This document shows, in pieces, positions 1-8,078 of a DNA stretch of 64,000 bases. A program made the translations under genes and the position numbers. The notes below the pieces were generated by a model that was not told the origin of the DNA, searched no databases, and saw only the letters and a list, made by a program, of their open reading frames with translations. The first letter of the stretch is position 1; every line of letters begins with the position of its first letter. Source of the DNA: a virus (lineage: Duplodnaviria; Caudoviricetes); IMG/VR virus record IMGVR_UViG_3300029288_000012, positions 1,620 through 65,619 of that record, one strand, 5' to 3'.

Positions 1-642
1 TTCCTGATTGTTGTTCTCGGATAGGGCGTAAACAGCGTCCTTCAGCCTGAAGTACCCGACCGATTCAGCGCAGCTATCAAAGCCGTTCGAATGCCATCTG
101 CCTGAATTATTGCCGGCAGCTGGAGCAGCCCAACCCGAATTTATAATATAGTCATAGAGGATTCGCGCATATTGCCCGGCGCGCGGGTAGGTCCAGCCCT
201 GGCACATGCGAATTGGATAAAGCCGCTGCTTTTGCCCGTAGGCAATACAAGCATCAAGATATCGATAGATGAAGTCGAGAGGGACTTCTTCATCCGCGCC
301 TACGACAAGAGACAAAAGCGGTGCATCTCCGGCCACCACGCGCAGATATGCCGGGTAGGTTTGTAACAGCGATTCGGCGATAGCAAGTTGCCGGGGATCG
401 AATCGCCGTAGCAGTTGAAGCGCCTCGGTCGCTGGCGTGATCGCCTTTGCTTCCTGTTCACGGGTAAAAGCGTCTAACAGTTCGTGCCGCGAATCAATAT
501 AGAGGGTCACGATCGACAAGAGCATCATAAAGGCGGCGAACGTCCAGATAGCGATATTATCTGGACGTTCGACATGATTGCCGATTATTATCAGCAAGAC
601 GCCAATAGCAAAGGTGACAATCGGGGTAATTAGTTTGGTCAT
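1..642 (-). CDS. Membrane protein, truncated at window edge
   Basis: Translated by hand: open from ATG at 642 (MTKLITPIVTFAIGVLLIIIG...) to position 1 with no stop; two N-terminal hydrophobic helices. Absent from the ORF track because it has no stop. Confidence 0.7.
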   Translation of the reverse strand, partial: MTKLITPIVTFAIGVLLIIIGNHVERPDNIAIWTFAAFMMLLSIVTLYIDSRHELLDAFTREQEAKAITPATEALQLLRRFDPRQLAIAESLLQTYPAYLRVVAGDAPLLSLVVGADEEVPLDFIYRYLDACIAYGQKQRLYPIRMCQGWTYPRAGQYARILYDYIINSGWAAPAAGNNSGRWHSNGFDSCAESVGYFRLKDAVYALSENNNQE

Positions 643-662
643 GTCTCGCTCGGCATGATTCC

Positions 663-1541
663 CTAATCTTCGTAAGCCGGGACCGTGTACCGTTCGGAGC
701 CAACGGTCAAACAGCACCAGGCATCTGGACCGGTTTGGATTTTACCCCATACGCAAGGATAGCCGCCGAGAGTAGCTGGAACAACGTCTTGCACGAAGAT
801 CGGATCGCCGGCATGAACGCGACGTAGTTCTGCATAGCCGCGACCTGGACCTGCGCGAACGATCAAAGTCCCGACAGCGACTTCCATCGATAGAGACGAT
901 ATAACGGTCGGGGGTTCGTAAACCTCGCCGCCAGACCAGGCAACGAGATCGGCTTCAGAGCCGGCGAACCAATTCAGATCAACGCGTTCGGGGATTCCGT
1001 TGATACGACCGGATGAAGAATACTGCCACAGCAGCCAGCTTGACCAGTCAAGCGGCAGCGGCAAGGGGGTTGAAGCATAGCGAGCCTGGTGAAGCGGATA
1101 TTCACGCGCCCAAACATTTCGAATGACGTTCGGGTCCCAAAACCAGGGAGCCGTATAGAATACCGGCTTCTTCCCTGTTTCTGTTTCGATCGTGATCGCC
1201 GTGTCTTTCTGATAGTTCGTGATATGCGACGGCGACATTCCATCAGCGACCTCAGCGTCAATTGTAAGCGGAGCGGTCGGACGGTCGGAGCCGAGGGCGG
1301 TCCATAGCCGGGTCATTTGAGCGGCGAACGGGCGATTCGGCCGGGTGACATGATAGGCAGATACAACGGGAATGCCGGCAGCACGGGCGCCATCAAAATT
1401 CCTACGATAGTTCGCATCGGTATAATAGTCGCCAACGGTTGCCCGGATTACGGCATACTTGATACCGGCCGCTGCAACGGCTGGCCAGTTTATGCTTCCC
1501 TGATAGATTGAAACGTCAATACCTGGGGTGAATTGTGTCAT
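663..1541 (-). CDS. Endolysin: GH25 muramidase with C-terminal SH3-like cell-wall-binding domain
   Basis: GIDVSIYQG, LTIDAE, WLLWQYSSSG and VDLN GH25 motifs; C-terminal LIVRAGPG...W SH3b-like segment. Confidence 0.9.
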   Translation of the reverse strand: MTQFTPGIDVSIYQGSINWPAVAAAGIKYAVIRATVGDYYTDANYRRNFDGARAAGIPVVSAYHVTRPNRPFAAQMTRLWTALGSDRPTAPLTIDAEVADGMSPSHITNYQKDTAITIETETGKKPVFYTAPWFWDPNVIRNVWAREYPLHQARYASTPLPLPLDWSSWLLWQYSSSGRINGIPERVDLNWFAGSEADLVAWSGGEVYEPPTVISSLSMEVAVGTLIVRAGPGRGYAELRRVHAGDPIFVQDVVPATLGGYPCVWGKIQTGPDAWCCLTVGSERYTVPAYED

Positions 1542-1544
1542 GCG

Positions 1545-2105
1545 TTATTTCTCCTTTCTTGATAGAGCAAGCGGCGTTCCATAGCAAACACCTGGGATTT
1601 TACGAGTAGAGCAAAGTAAAGACAGATCGAATCCGCATTGGGAGCCATAGGCAATGATCGCGCTAGGAGCGCCGCTTGTCGCTTTACCGACCGTTCCATC
1701 CGGCCGGGCGATTAGCATTCGCCCGGCCGGGAATAACACAGCAGCGGCAAGAGGGAAGATGAAGTCATGCCAAAGCCTCGTTTCTACTCTTGCAAAGATA
1801 AGTGCGATACCGTTGCCGTGTTTGGCTAGTTTCTCGCACCATACGCCGGTATGAGGACCGTAAGGCGGGTTACAGTAGACCCGGCCTTCCCATGGCTGCA
1901 TCAAGCCATTGTCGCGCTCTGTGAACATGCGCGCTGCCGTTGGCCAGGGCTGCGTTAGGGAAGCGCATGGGTCAAGGTCGAAGAATCGTTCCCCTTTCGG
2001 AGCAAGCGAATCGAACGCGTCAATTATCCATTTCGGCGTTATCCAGTCATTTGAATCGCCTTCGAATGGCGATTCATGTCCAAACCCGTCTCTTTTGTTT
2101 GTCAT
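1545..2105 (-). CDS. Phage N6-adenine DNA methyltransferase (Dam-phage family)
   Basis: WITP, FDLDPCAS and YCNPPYG motifs; start moved to MTNKRDG, just downstream of a -10 box. Confidence 0.85.
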   Translation of the reverse strand: MTNKRDGFGHESPFEGDSNDWITPKWIIDAFDSLAPKGERFFDLDPCASLTQPWPTAARMFTERDNGLMQPWEGRVYCNPPYGPHTGVWCEKLAKHGNGIALIFARVETRLWHDFIFPLAAAVLFPAGRMLIARPDGTVGKATSGAPSAIIAYGSQCGFDLSLLCSTRKIPGVCYGTPLALSRKEK

Positions 2106-2114
2106 AGCGTCTTT

Positions 2115-2144
2115 ATTATACGTCATTTGAGGTGTGCGATTCAA
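2115..2144 (-). promoter_or_regulatory. sigma70-type promoter TTGAAT-18-TATAAT, short leader
   Basis: TATAAT ends 9 nt before ATG 2105; no SD sequence. Confidence 0.45.
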
Positions 2145-2195
2145 CCACGAAGCGACCGCTTTTCAGTCGGTCGCTTCTCTCTTTGGCAGCGGTTT

Positions 2196-2456
2196 CTAGT
2201 GCCGGTTCAATGAATAGGGTTCGTAGCCGTCTTCCTCGAAACAACCCGAAACATAGTCGTCAATTTCTTCGTCGGTCCATGCTGCTGGGTTCAAGTCCCA
2301 GGCGTTTTCTTCACAGTCATCAATCAGCCATCTGGCGACCTGGTTGCAAACGGCGTCTTTATTATCGTATTCATAATGAATGAATTTTGAGGTCGATACG
2401 CGGGCGGCGAAGGCGGCTACTAGGTCTTTGTTTTCGCTGGCGGCTGGTGTTGTCAT
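2196..2456 (-). CDS. Hypothetical acidic protein, first gene of a promoter cassette
   Basis: RBS AGGAG and cassette promoter upstream. Confidence 0.75.
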   Translation of the reverse strand: MTTPAASENKDLVAAFAARVSTSKFIHYEYDNKDAVCNQVARWLIDDCEENAWDLNPAAWTDEEIDDYVSGCFEEDGYEPYSLNRH

Positions 2457-2488
2457 TTCTGTTTCTCCTGTATCAGTTTGATAGTTCT

Positions 2489-2547
2489 ATTGTAGCTTAT
2501 TCTATAAGCATGTCAAGGTACAGAAGATTAGAATAAGATTAGAGTTT
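2489..2547 (-). promoter_or_regulatory. Cassette promoter TTGACA-16-TACAAT with upstream TCTAATCT x2
   Basis: -35 at 2511-2516, -10 at 2489-2494, repeats at 2525-2532 and 2536-2543. Confidence 0.8.
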
Positions 2548-2571
2548 GGGGCCAGGGGCCAGGTGTTTGGG

Positions 2572-2778
2572 TCAGCGACGGTAGTACCGCCGTTGATTTC
2601 GGCGATATCGTTTCAGGGCTAGCATGGCGTGATAATGCCGGCGCTTTTCATCTGAAGCGAATCGTTCATAGTAGACGAAGATGGCGGTTCGGATAAGCCC
2701 GACAAGGATTCGAATCAGGATCGGTGCGAGAATAATTACGATCGCTATCAAGAGGAAGGTCTTTTCAGTAGCTTGCAT
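2572..2778 (-). CDS. Small membrane protein with basic tail
   Basis: One long hydrophobic segment, Arg-rich C-terminus; start at MQATEK is inferred. Confidence 0.55.
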   Translation of the reverse strand: MQATEKTFLLIAIVIILAPILIRILVGLIRTAIFVYYERFASDEKRRHYHAMLALKRYRRNQRRYYRR

Positions 2779-3199
2779 AGGTCCTCGAATTATGGAATTT
2801 CTTTTCTTGTTCGGATGGCGAAAGATATCGGTATAACTGCGAGAAAGGAACGATATCTTTGAATTCAACGATTATGAGGTCTTGCGTTCCAACGGAGCCT
2901 TTCAGGTCCAGTTTGCCGCGTCTTGGCATGGTCGCTGCAATATAGGTATTCGCCTTCGTTCCTGTGACGTGAAAGGCGATCCCCCCAGGCCAATTGCCAT
3001 ACGAAGCCGTATGGCTAACATTCGCAAACCAATCATCAAAAGCGCTAAAGGCGAGAATATCATCTAGTTCTTCCTGAAGCAAGGTCGCCTGATTTCGAAG
3101 AAGAAAGCAACAGCCAACCGCCTTAGCCCGTGCCGAGCGGCCAGAGCCCCATTTTGCAAGTGTGCGCGCCCTTGATTCCGGAGTGCTAGTGTTTGACAT
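2765..3199 (-). CDS. Hypothetical protein
   Basis: ORF tightly coupled to both neighbours; start uncertain. Confidence 0.55.
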   Translation of the reverse strand: MSNTSTPESRARTLAKWGSGRSARAKAVGCCFLLRNQATLLQEELDDILAFSAFDDWFANVSHTASYGNWPGGIAFHVTGTKANTYIAATMPRRGKLDLKGSVGTQDLIIVEFKDIVPFSQLYRYLSPSEQEKKFHNSRTYASY

Positions 3200-3428
3200 C
3201 GGTTTCAGTTGAGCCAATCCAGATATGATTTAGCATCACGCTTTTAGACGGTCGAACGGTGACGCCGGCGATAAGGGTTTCTTCTCCGAGAGCGCCTGGA
3301 TTTACAAAGGCAGAATTCGGTCGAACGGCATACTTCGAAGCGAAGTAGGTCGCGGCTTCGACGATCGCAGCCTGAAGATCACGACCGGATTGATAAGCCC
3401 AGAGCATACCGCTAGTCATAGTTGGCAT
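3186..3428 (-). CDS. Hypothetical protein
   Basis: RBS AAGGA before MPTMTSG; overlaps neighbours. Confidence 0.6.
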   Translation of the reverse strand: MPTMTSGMLWAYQSGRDLQAAIVEAATYFASKYAVRPNSAFVNPGALGEETLIAGVTVRPSKSVMLNHIWIGSTETDVKH

Positions 3429-3801
3429 TGTACTTTCGTCCTTTCTGCATCTTGCGCCGCCTTTGAGCGTGCCGCCTGGCAGCAGCAGCGTCAACCCAAT
3501 TTCGAATACTTGACATGCCGAATGTAAAGCCGTGGTAGGGCTGGCGGCTTATTATCTTTTCGGCGAATTCGACATAGTATTCAAGAGCGGCTACCTCACC
3601 TACAGCGACGACTAATATCGCGAGGGCGAGTTGTTTCGGAGCCTCGCCAAAGAAGCCCCAATCAAATACGGGAGCGTGTTTCGCAAGGTCATTACGCAAA
3701 GGTAAAGGATAGGTTCTTGCTACCTCGTAGCCTCGAATTTCTTTGACTATAACTTCGTTCTTTTCCGGTGTTACGCCGCGAGTAGCGGCGATTGATCTCA
3801 T
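3412..3801 (-). CDS. DUF6166-like protein
   Basis: RNDLAKHAPVFDWGFFGEAPKQLALAIL resembles the DUF6166 pattern (from memory). Confidence 0.6.
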   Translation of the reverse strand: MRSIAATRGVTPEKNEVIVKEIRGYEVARTYPLPLRNDLAKHAPVFDWGFFGEAPKQLALAILVVAVGEVAALEYYVEFAEKIISRQPYHGFTFGMSSIRNWVDAAAARRHAQRRRKMQKGRKYNANYD

Positions 3802-3819
3802 AAAGTTTTACTCCAAAGC

Positions 3820-3853
3820 TTGCCGGGAGCGGTTTCAAGGCCGCTCCCGGCAA
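3820..3853 (-). terminator. Stem-loop downstream of the SSB-like gene
   Basis: TTGCCGGGAGCGG / CCGCTCCCGGCAA 13-bp stem. Confidence 0.55.
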
Positions 3854-3862
3854 AGGGTTGAT

Positions 3863-4750
3863 TTAGAAGGGAAGGTCTTCGTCCTGCATGATTTCAGGAA
3901 CGCGACCCGGATCTTCAAGTCCGTCGTATTCGTCAACGGGAGCGGCGGCGCGAGAAGCGGCGCTCCATTCATTGGCCCAGGGCGTAGCCTGTTCGCGCAA
4001 AGTCATGATTTCGGCGGCGGCGTCATTGCCGATAAAGCGGGTCATGAGTTGATCGCCGGTCAGCTTTTCTTCGCGCAAGGCGATCGGGGTGATAGGTGAC
4101 TGAAGGCCGGGGCGACCGACCATCTTCGTAGTCGGGGTGTCTCCAAAGTTGCCGATAGGGGCAGCAAAGGCAGTAGCCGGTGGAACCGCCGCGCCTTTCT
4201 CGACAAGAGCAGCGCGCAGAGGGGCGGTGACTTTCTGCCATTGGGTGAAAGCATCGAACAGATTTGACACCTGGAAGCCGCCGAGCGTCAGCACGACCGG
4301 ACCCCAGGGGGTGACGCCGTTCGCGTCCTTCGAGAAAAGCATAGCGAGAAGGTGAGCATGGCGCGAAAAGCCCTTAGGCCATGTATCGCCGTAAACGATT
4401 TCATTCATGCCGTCTGGTCCCTTGCGCCGGTATTGCACGCGCTTCAGGATAGGGACAAGCAGCATCGACCGAGTCCCAATCAGTTCAATCGTCTTCCCGT
4501 CGCGGGTTTTCTTCTTGCCCGGTTTCATTGCCGGCAAAGGAACGCCGCGAGTTTCGCAAACGGACTTCAAGTCTTCGAGTTTGGTCACGAAGCCGCCGAA
4601 GTAAGCCCAGGGCTGGGATTCTGCGAGCGGTTCAAGTTCCTGATTCGCGTTGTTCCACCAGAACAGCGGAGCGGCGAACGGGAGCGCGCCTTTTTGACCC
4701 ATCGATTGATCGATATCAGAAAGGCCGGTAGGAAGGTTGAAAGTAGGCAT
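3863..4750 (-). CDS. Putative ssDNA-binding or recombination protein
   Basis: Acidic C-terminal tail ending EDLPF, as in SSB tails; strong RBS. Confidence 0.5.
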   Translation of the reverse strand: MPTFNLPTGLSDIDQSMGQKGALPFAAPLFWWNNANQELEPLAESQPWAYFGGFVTKLEDLKSVCETRGVPLPAMKPGKKKTRDGKTIELIGTRSMLLVPILKRVQYRRKGPDGMNEIVYGDTWPKGFSRHAHLLAMLFSKDANGVTPWGPVVLTLGGFQVSNLFDAFTQWQKVTAPLRAALVEKGAAVPPATAFAAPIGNFGDTPTTKMVGRPGLQSPITPIALREEKLTGDQLMTRFIGNDAAAEIMTLREQATPWANEWSAASRAAAPVDEYDGLEDPGRVPEIMQDEDLPF

Positions 4751-4812
4751 TAGGTTTCTCCTGTCAAAAAAAGGTGAATAGGGTGTTTCCAGTAAACCGG
4801 TAAAATCCGGTA

Positions 4813-5049
4813 TTATTGGCGGTCAAGTGCGAGCGCGTTGATACGATCAATCATTGCATTCAGAGCAACGGGATCGACCTCTTCTCGGCGGGCTGGATGG
4901 ACGTAAGCGATAAGCAATTGAATGACTTCAGATTGCCCAACCTTACGACCGACGACGCGAGTCAAATATTCGGCATCGGATTCGATATCCTGTTTCATGC
5001 CATCGGTAGCGGTAGCAAGAATGTTTTTAGTAAGATTACGATTCTTCAT
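4813..5049 (-). CDS. Ribbon-helix-helix-like DNA-binding protein
   Basis: Alternating strand TKNILATAT, helix DGMKQDIESDAEYL, then VG-QSEVIQLLI helix; RBS AAGGAG before MKNRN. Confidence 0.5.
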   Translation of the reverse strand: MKNRNLTKNILATATDGMKQDIESDAEYLTRVVGRKVGQSEVIQLLIAYVHPARREEVDPVALNAMIDRINALALDRQ

Positions 5050-5082
5050 TCGTGTTCTGTCTCCTTGTAGGTTTCTAGTTTG

Positions 5083-5110
5083 ATTATACACGACCCTTAT
5101 AGCTTGTCAA
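5083..5110 (-). promoter_or_regulatory. Promoter TTGACA-16-TATAAT for the RHH-like gene
   Basis: -35 at 5105-5110, -10 at 5083-5088; degenerate spacer palindrome. Confidence 0.7.
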
Positions 5111-5131
5111 GAGTCTATAAGGATATCTGTT

Positions 5132-6031
5132 CTAAAAAGCGATATCCGGGGTCCAGGCTGGCGCAAGTTCGACGAGCCAGATAAGTGGGTCAGCAGCGGT
5201 AGGGATTCGGTATTTATTCGCGAAGTGATTCGCGGCGTCTTGCGCATCTGCGAAGCGCATCATGCGCGCCTCGGTTTCGGTCAAGTCAGAAAGCCGCGTT
5301 GCCTTGACACCTTTGACAGTCAGCATCAAGCGAGAATAGTCATAGGGCATGGACCTTGCCGGCTTCCAGTAAGTTTCGCCGTAGGGTACAGATTTACCGC
5401 ACGCGCACCGCGACAGAATCGCGCTTGACCTTCCCTCGGTCACGAAGTTAGCATAGACAACGTGGCTACAATTCTCGTTGCCGCATTCGTGATCTGCCCA
5501 TGTCTCACGAACATACACGAGTTTTCCAACGTTGCCGAGTGGCGAAATTCCGATTGAAGTACCGACCGGGATATCCTGAATTCTTGATTGATTCACGTCA
5601 AAGAATTCGACTTCCTGATTCCCGATTGGAAGCCTTTCAAATTCAGAGCCGAAGAAAGAATAGATTCCTTCTTCTTCCTGAAGGCCGCGACTTTCGACGA
5701 TCGTTTTCTCTTGTTCGATAAGCGCCCGGCCTTTGCTTGTCACTGGCAAAGCGGCAAGATAAAAGTTGTCGGCTACAAGGCGCGACACTTCGAGCGGCGA
5801 TAAATCGAGGTGTGGGCGGCGGCGGTCCAGCGATAAGGGGATTCGTAGAATCCCGTAAGAGCCGAATCGGTTGATCGCTTCAGCCGGCGTCTTATACCGA
5901 CCGCTTGACGTTCGACAGCCAAGGCATACTACCTCATAAGTTTTCGGATAGAATACCGGCGCGTATCGCGTATCAAGGCCACGAGCGATAATGCGCAAGG
6001 ATCGCCTGTCATTACAGAATGGGCATTTCAT
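5132..6031 (-). CDS. Fusion of Lar-like Zn-ribbon and ASCH/PUA-like domain
   Basis: N-term CPFC...CLGC...TPAEAINRF; C-term VYVRETW, WKPARSMP, RLSDLTE, NP-like ADPLIWLVE motifs. Confidence 0.6.
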   Translation of the reverse strand: MKCPFCNDRRSLRIIARGLDTRYAPVFYPKTYEVVCLGCRTSSGRYKTPAEAINRFGSYGILRIPLSLDRRRPHLDLSPLEVSRLVADNFYLAALPVTSKGRALIEQEKTIVESRGLQEEEGIYSFFGSEFERLPIGNQEVEFFDVNQSRIQDIPVGTSIGISPLGNVGKLVYVRETWADHECGNENCSHVVYANFVTEGRSSAILSRCACGKSVPYGETYWKPARSMPYDYSRLMLTVKGVKATRLSDLTETEARMMRFADAQDAANHFANKYRIPTAADPLIWLVELAPAWTPDIAF

Positions 6032-6234
6032 TGGCGTTCCTCTTCTAGCATAGCGATCGCCTTTTCGAGAATGGCAACGCGTTCGCTGTGCGGTAAGGCG
6101 GCGGCAACCGCAGCAGCGCGAGCGTTTTCAAGTGTGCGCAAAAGCCCGGCTTTATCATAGGTTGTTTCGCAAAACGGAGCCCAGGCGATTGACACTAGGC
6201 CACCTTCAAGCAATTTGATTTGATAGTCTTTCAT
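6028..6234 (-). CDS. Hypothetical protein
   Basis: ATGA-type coupling with both neighbours. Confidence 0.65.
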   Translation of the reverse strand: MKDYQIKLLEGGLVSIAWAPFCETTYDKAGLLRTLENARAAAVAAALPHSERVAILEKAIAMLEEERQ

Positions 6235-6527
6235 CGGTCCTCCTTCTGTTTGTTCTGTTCTTGAATGGCGTAGGTTGTTATGATATCACTATTCTTATAG
6301 ATAGTCAATTTATCCGGGTCACGTGCCCAGGCGATATCGGGCAGAGCATTGTCGCGATAGGTCGCTGCAAGATAGGCGAGAACACGCCTGGCGATCGCCT
6401 TTGTCGGGGCGGTCAAAAAGACGTGTTCGGTCGGACCTTCGTCCGTCCCAATTTGAGCCGTGGCGATTATGGCGTATTTATCCTGAGGATTAATACGCAT
6501 AGGGAAGGGTGGATTGATCTTTGGCAT
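6231..6527 (-). CDS. Hypothetical protein
   Basis: Coupled ORF in operon. Confidence 0.65.
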   Translation of the reverse strand: MPKINPPFPMRINPQDKYAIIATAQIGTDEGPTEHVFLTAPTKAIARRVLAYLAATYRDNALPDIAWARDPDKLTIYKNSDIITTYAIQEQNKQKEDR

Positions 6528-6528
6528 T

Positions 6529-6834
6529 TTACTGTTCCTTTACGGGATTGACAGCAGCTGGAGCGCGAACGCGCCGGATAGCGAAGTCGAAGACTTCATC
6601 GCCTTTGGCAACGGTCAAGCGCATAAGCCGCCGAGAGAATTGGGTCACTTCGAAGCCCTGTTTCAGAGCATCGGCGCGGGTCACGCGAAGCAAGGCCATT
6701 GCCTTTTCAGGCAGATCGGTCACGGCAACGAGAACGCCGGTCTTGACCTCGTAAACAAGGAAGCCTGTCTTTGGTTCCTTTTCAGAGTCCAAAGGGGTGA
6801 GCGGCAAAAGGGAAGGGGTTTTAGTTTTAGTCAT
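6529..6834 (-). CDS. Hypothetical protein
   Basis: RBS AGGA before MTKTK. Confidence 0.6.
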   Translation of the reverse strand: MTKTKTPSLLPLTPLDSEKEPKTGFLVYEVKTGVLVAVTDLPEKAMALLRVTRADALKQGFEVTQFSRRLMRLTVAKGDEVFDFAIRRVRAPAAVNPVKEQ

Positions 6835-6847
6835 GGTTCCTGTATCC

Positions 6848-7072
6848 TTATCTTGATTTCTGTTCTTCAATAAACCGTTCTTCAACAACGGCGACGACCT
6901 TCGCAGAGAACATGAAGTTCGGATTCTTGTCAGCAGTATTGTATTTGACGACGCGACCGTCAGGGCGCATCGTAAACATGAAGCCCTTGTTTTCGGGCAG
7001 CTTCAGAAAGTCTCCCAGGGTCATAACTTCCTGGGTATCGACCGTGATGATTGCTACTTCGTAAAATGACAT
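6848..7072 (-). CDS. Hypothetical protein, first gene of a cassette
   Basis: RBS AGGAG and cassette promoter upstream. Confidence 0.7.
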   Translation of the reverse strand: MSFYEVAIITVDTQEVMTLGDFLKLPENKGFMFTMRPDGRVVKYNTADKNPNFMFSAKVVAVVEERFIEEQKSR

Positions 7073-7112
7073 AGTTCCTGTCTCCTGCGTTTGGGTTGAC
7101 TTGACTGTCTTT

Positions 7113-7170
7113 ATTGTAGCTTATCCTGATAGAATGTCAAGCGATTTAGATTAGAGAAAGATTAGAGTTT
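7113..7170 (-). promoter_or_regulatory. Cassette promoter TTGACA-16-TACAAT with TCTAATCT x2
   Basis: -35 at 7135-7140, -10 at 7113-7118, repeats at 7148-7155 and 7159-7166. Confidence 0.8.
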
Positions 7171-7192
7171 CAGATGGTGGCTGGCCTGGACC

Positions 7193-7849
7193 TCACCACC
7201 ATCTGAAACCGAAAGCCTTCATCATGTCGAAGGCGAAGTCGCCGCGACCGGTCTTGACCATCTTCGCCCGTTCCTGCTTGAAGGCCTCAGGATTGATACG
7301 AGCGGTGACGCCGGTCTCGATAGCATTTCGGATATCGTCCTGGCTATCAGCAGCGATCACGAAGCCGAAGCGAACAGCGAAGCGCACAGCCCGCACAGCC
7401 CGCATCGGGTCAGCTACGATAGTCGAGAAGCCCTGGCAGAAGCGAATGACGCCGTTCTGCATGTCAGAGATGGCCTGGGGGTGAGCAACGATTTCGCCGG
7501 TTTCGCAGTTCATTGCAACGGCGTTGATCGTGATGTCGCGAGCGGTCATGTCAGCTTCAATCGTTTCGCCGCGAAAGGTCGCGACTTCGATCGCCTGGTG
7601 AGCAACGATCACGCGGATAATCCCGAATTTCTTGCCGCCGGTGTCGCGAGTCTGTCCGGGGAAGATCGCTTCAATCTGTTCGATCGTGGCGTTCGTGGCG
7701 ATATCGATATCGTTCGCTTCAGTACCGAAGAAGACAGTATCACGAACGAAACCGCCTACGATGAAAGCCTGGAAGCCGGCTTCAACGATAGGGGCGGCTA
7801 CTGCCTGGGCGATGAATGGGACGTGGTTTGTTTGGTTCGTGTTCGTCAT
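7193..7849 (-). CDS. Class II tRNA nucleotidyltransferase / poly(A) polymerase family protein, truncated
   Basis: VGGFVRD, NDIDIAT (DxD), EVATFR, RDITINA and DPMRAVRAVRF motifs. Confidence 0.85.
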   Translation of the reverse strand: MTNTNQTNHVPFIAQAVAAPIVEAGFQAFIVGGFVRDTVFFGTEANDIDIATNATIEQIEAIFPGQTRDTGGKKFGIIRVIVAHQAIEVATFRGETIEADMTARDITINAVAMNCETGEIVAHPQAISDMQNGVIRFCQGFSTIVADPMRAVRAVRFAVRFGFVIAADSQDDIRNAIETGVTARINPEAFKQERAKMVKTGRGDFAFDMMKAFGFRWW

Positions 7850-7888
7850 TTCGGTCTCCTGATTTCTGACTGACTGTCTTATAGTTCT

Positions 7889-7948
7889 ATTATAGCCCCA
7901 TTCTTATAGAATTACAAGGGTAGAAAGATTAGAATTAGATTAGAGTTT
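7889..7948 (-). promoter_or_regulatory. Cassette promoter TTGTAA-17-TATAAT with TCTAATCT x2
   Basis: -35 at 7912-7917, -10 at 7889-7894, repeats at 7926-7933 and 7937-7944. Confidence 0.8.
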
Positions 7949-7957
7949 TACTCATTC

Positions 7958-7972
7958 TGGCGAAGTTCGCCA
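7958..7972. repeat. Dispersed palindrome TGGCGAAGTTCGCCA
   Basis: Identical copies at 16679-16693, 22888-22902 and 31482-31496; inverted copy at 45628-45642. Confidence 0.85.
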
Positions 7973-8010
7973 CTTCTAGATTAGAGTTTCACTCATAAAG
8001 GCGCGAACCG

Positions 8011-8039
8011 TTGACTCTTCTCGCAGCTAATCATATAAT
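8011..8039 (+). promoter_or_regulatory. Promoter TTGACT-17-TATAAT for replication genes
   Basis: Near-consensus boxes 40 nt upstream of ATG 8079. Confidence 0.75.
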
Positions 8040-8078
8040 GATTTAGACCTATTATTCACGGAGACAGAAGGAGCCGAT

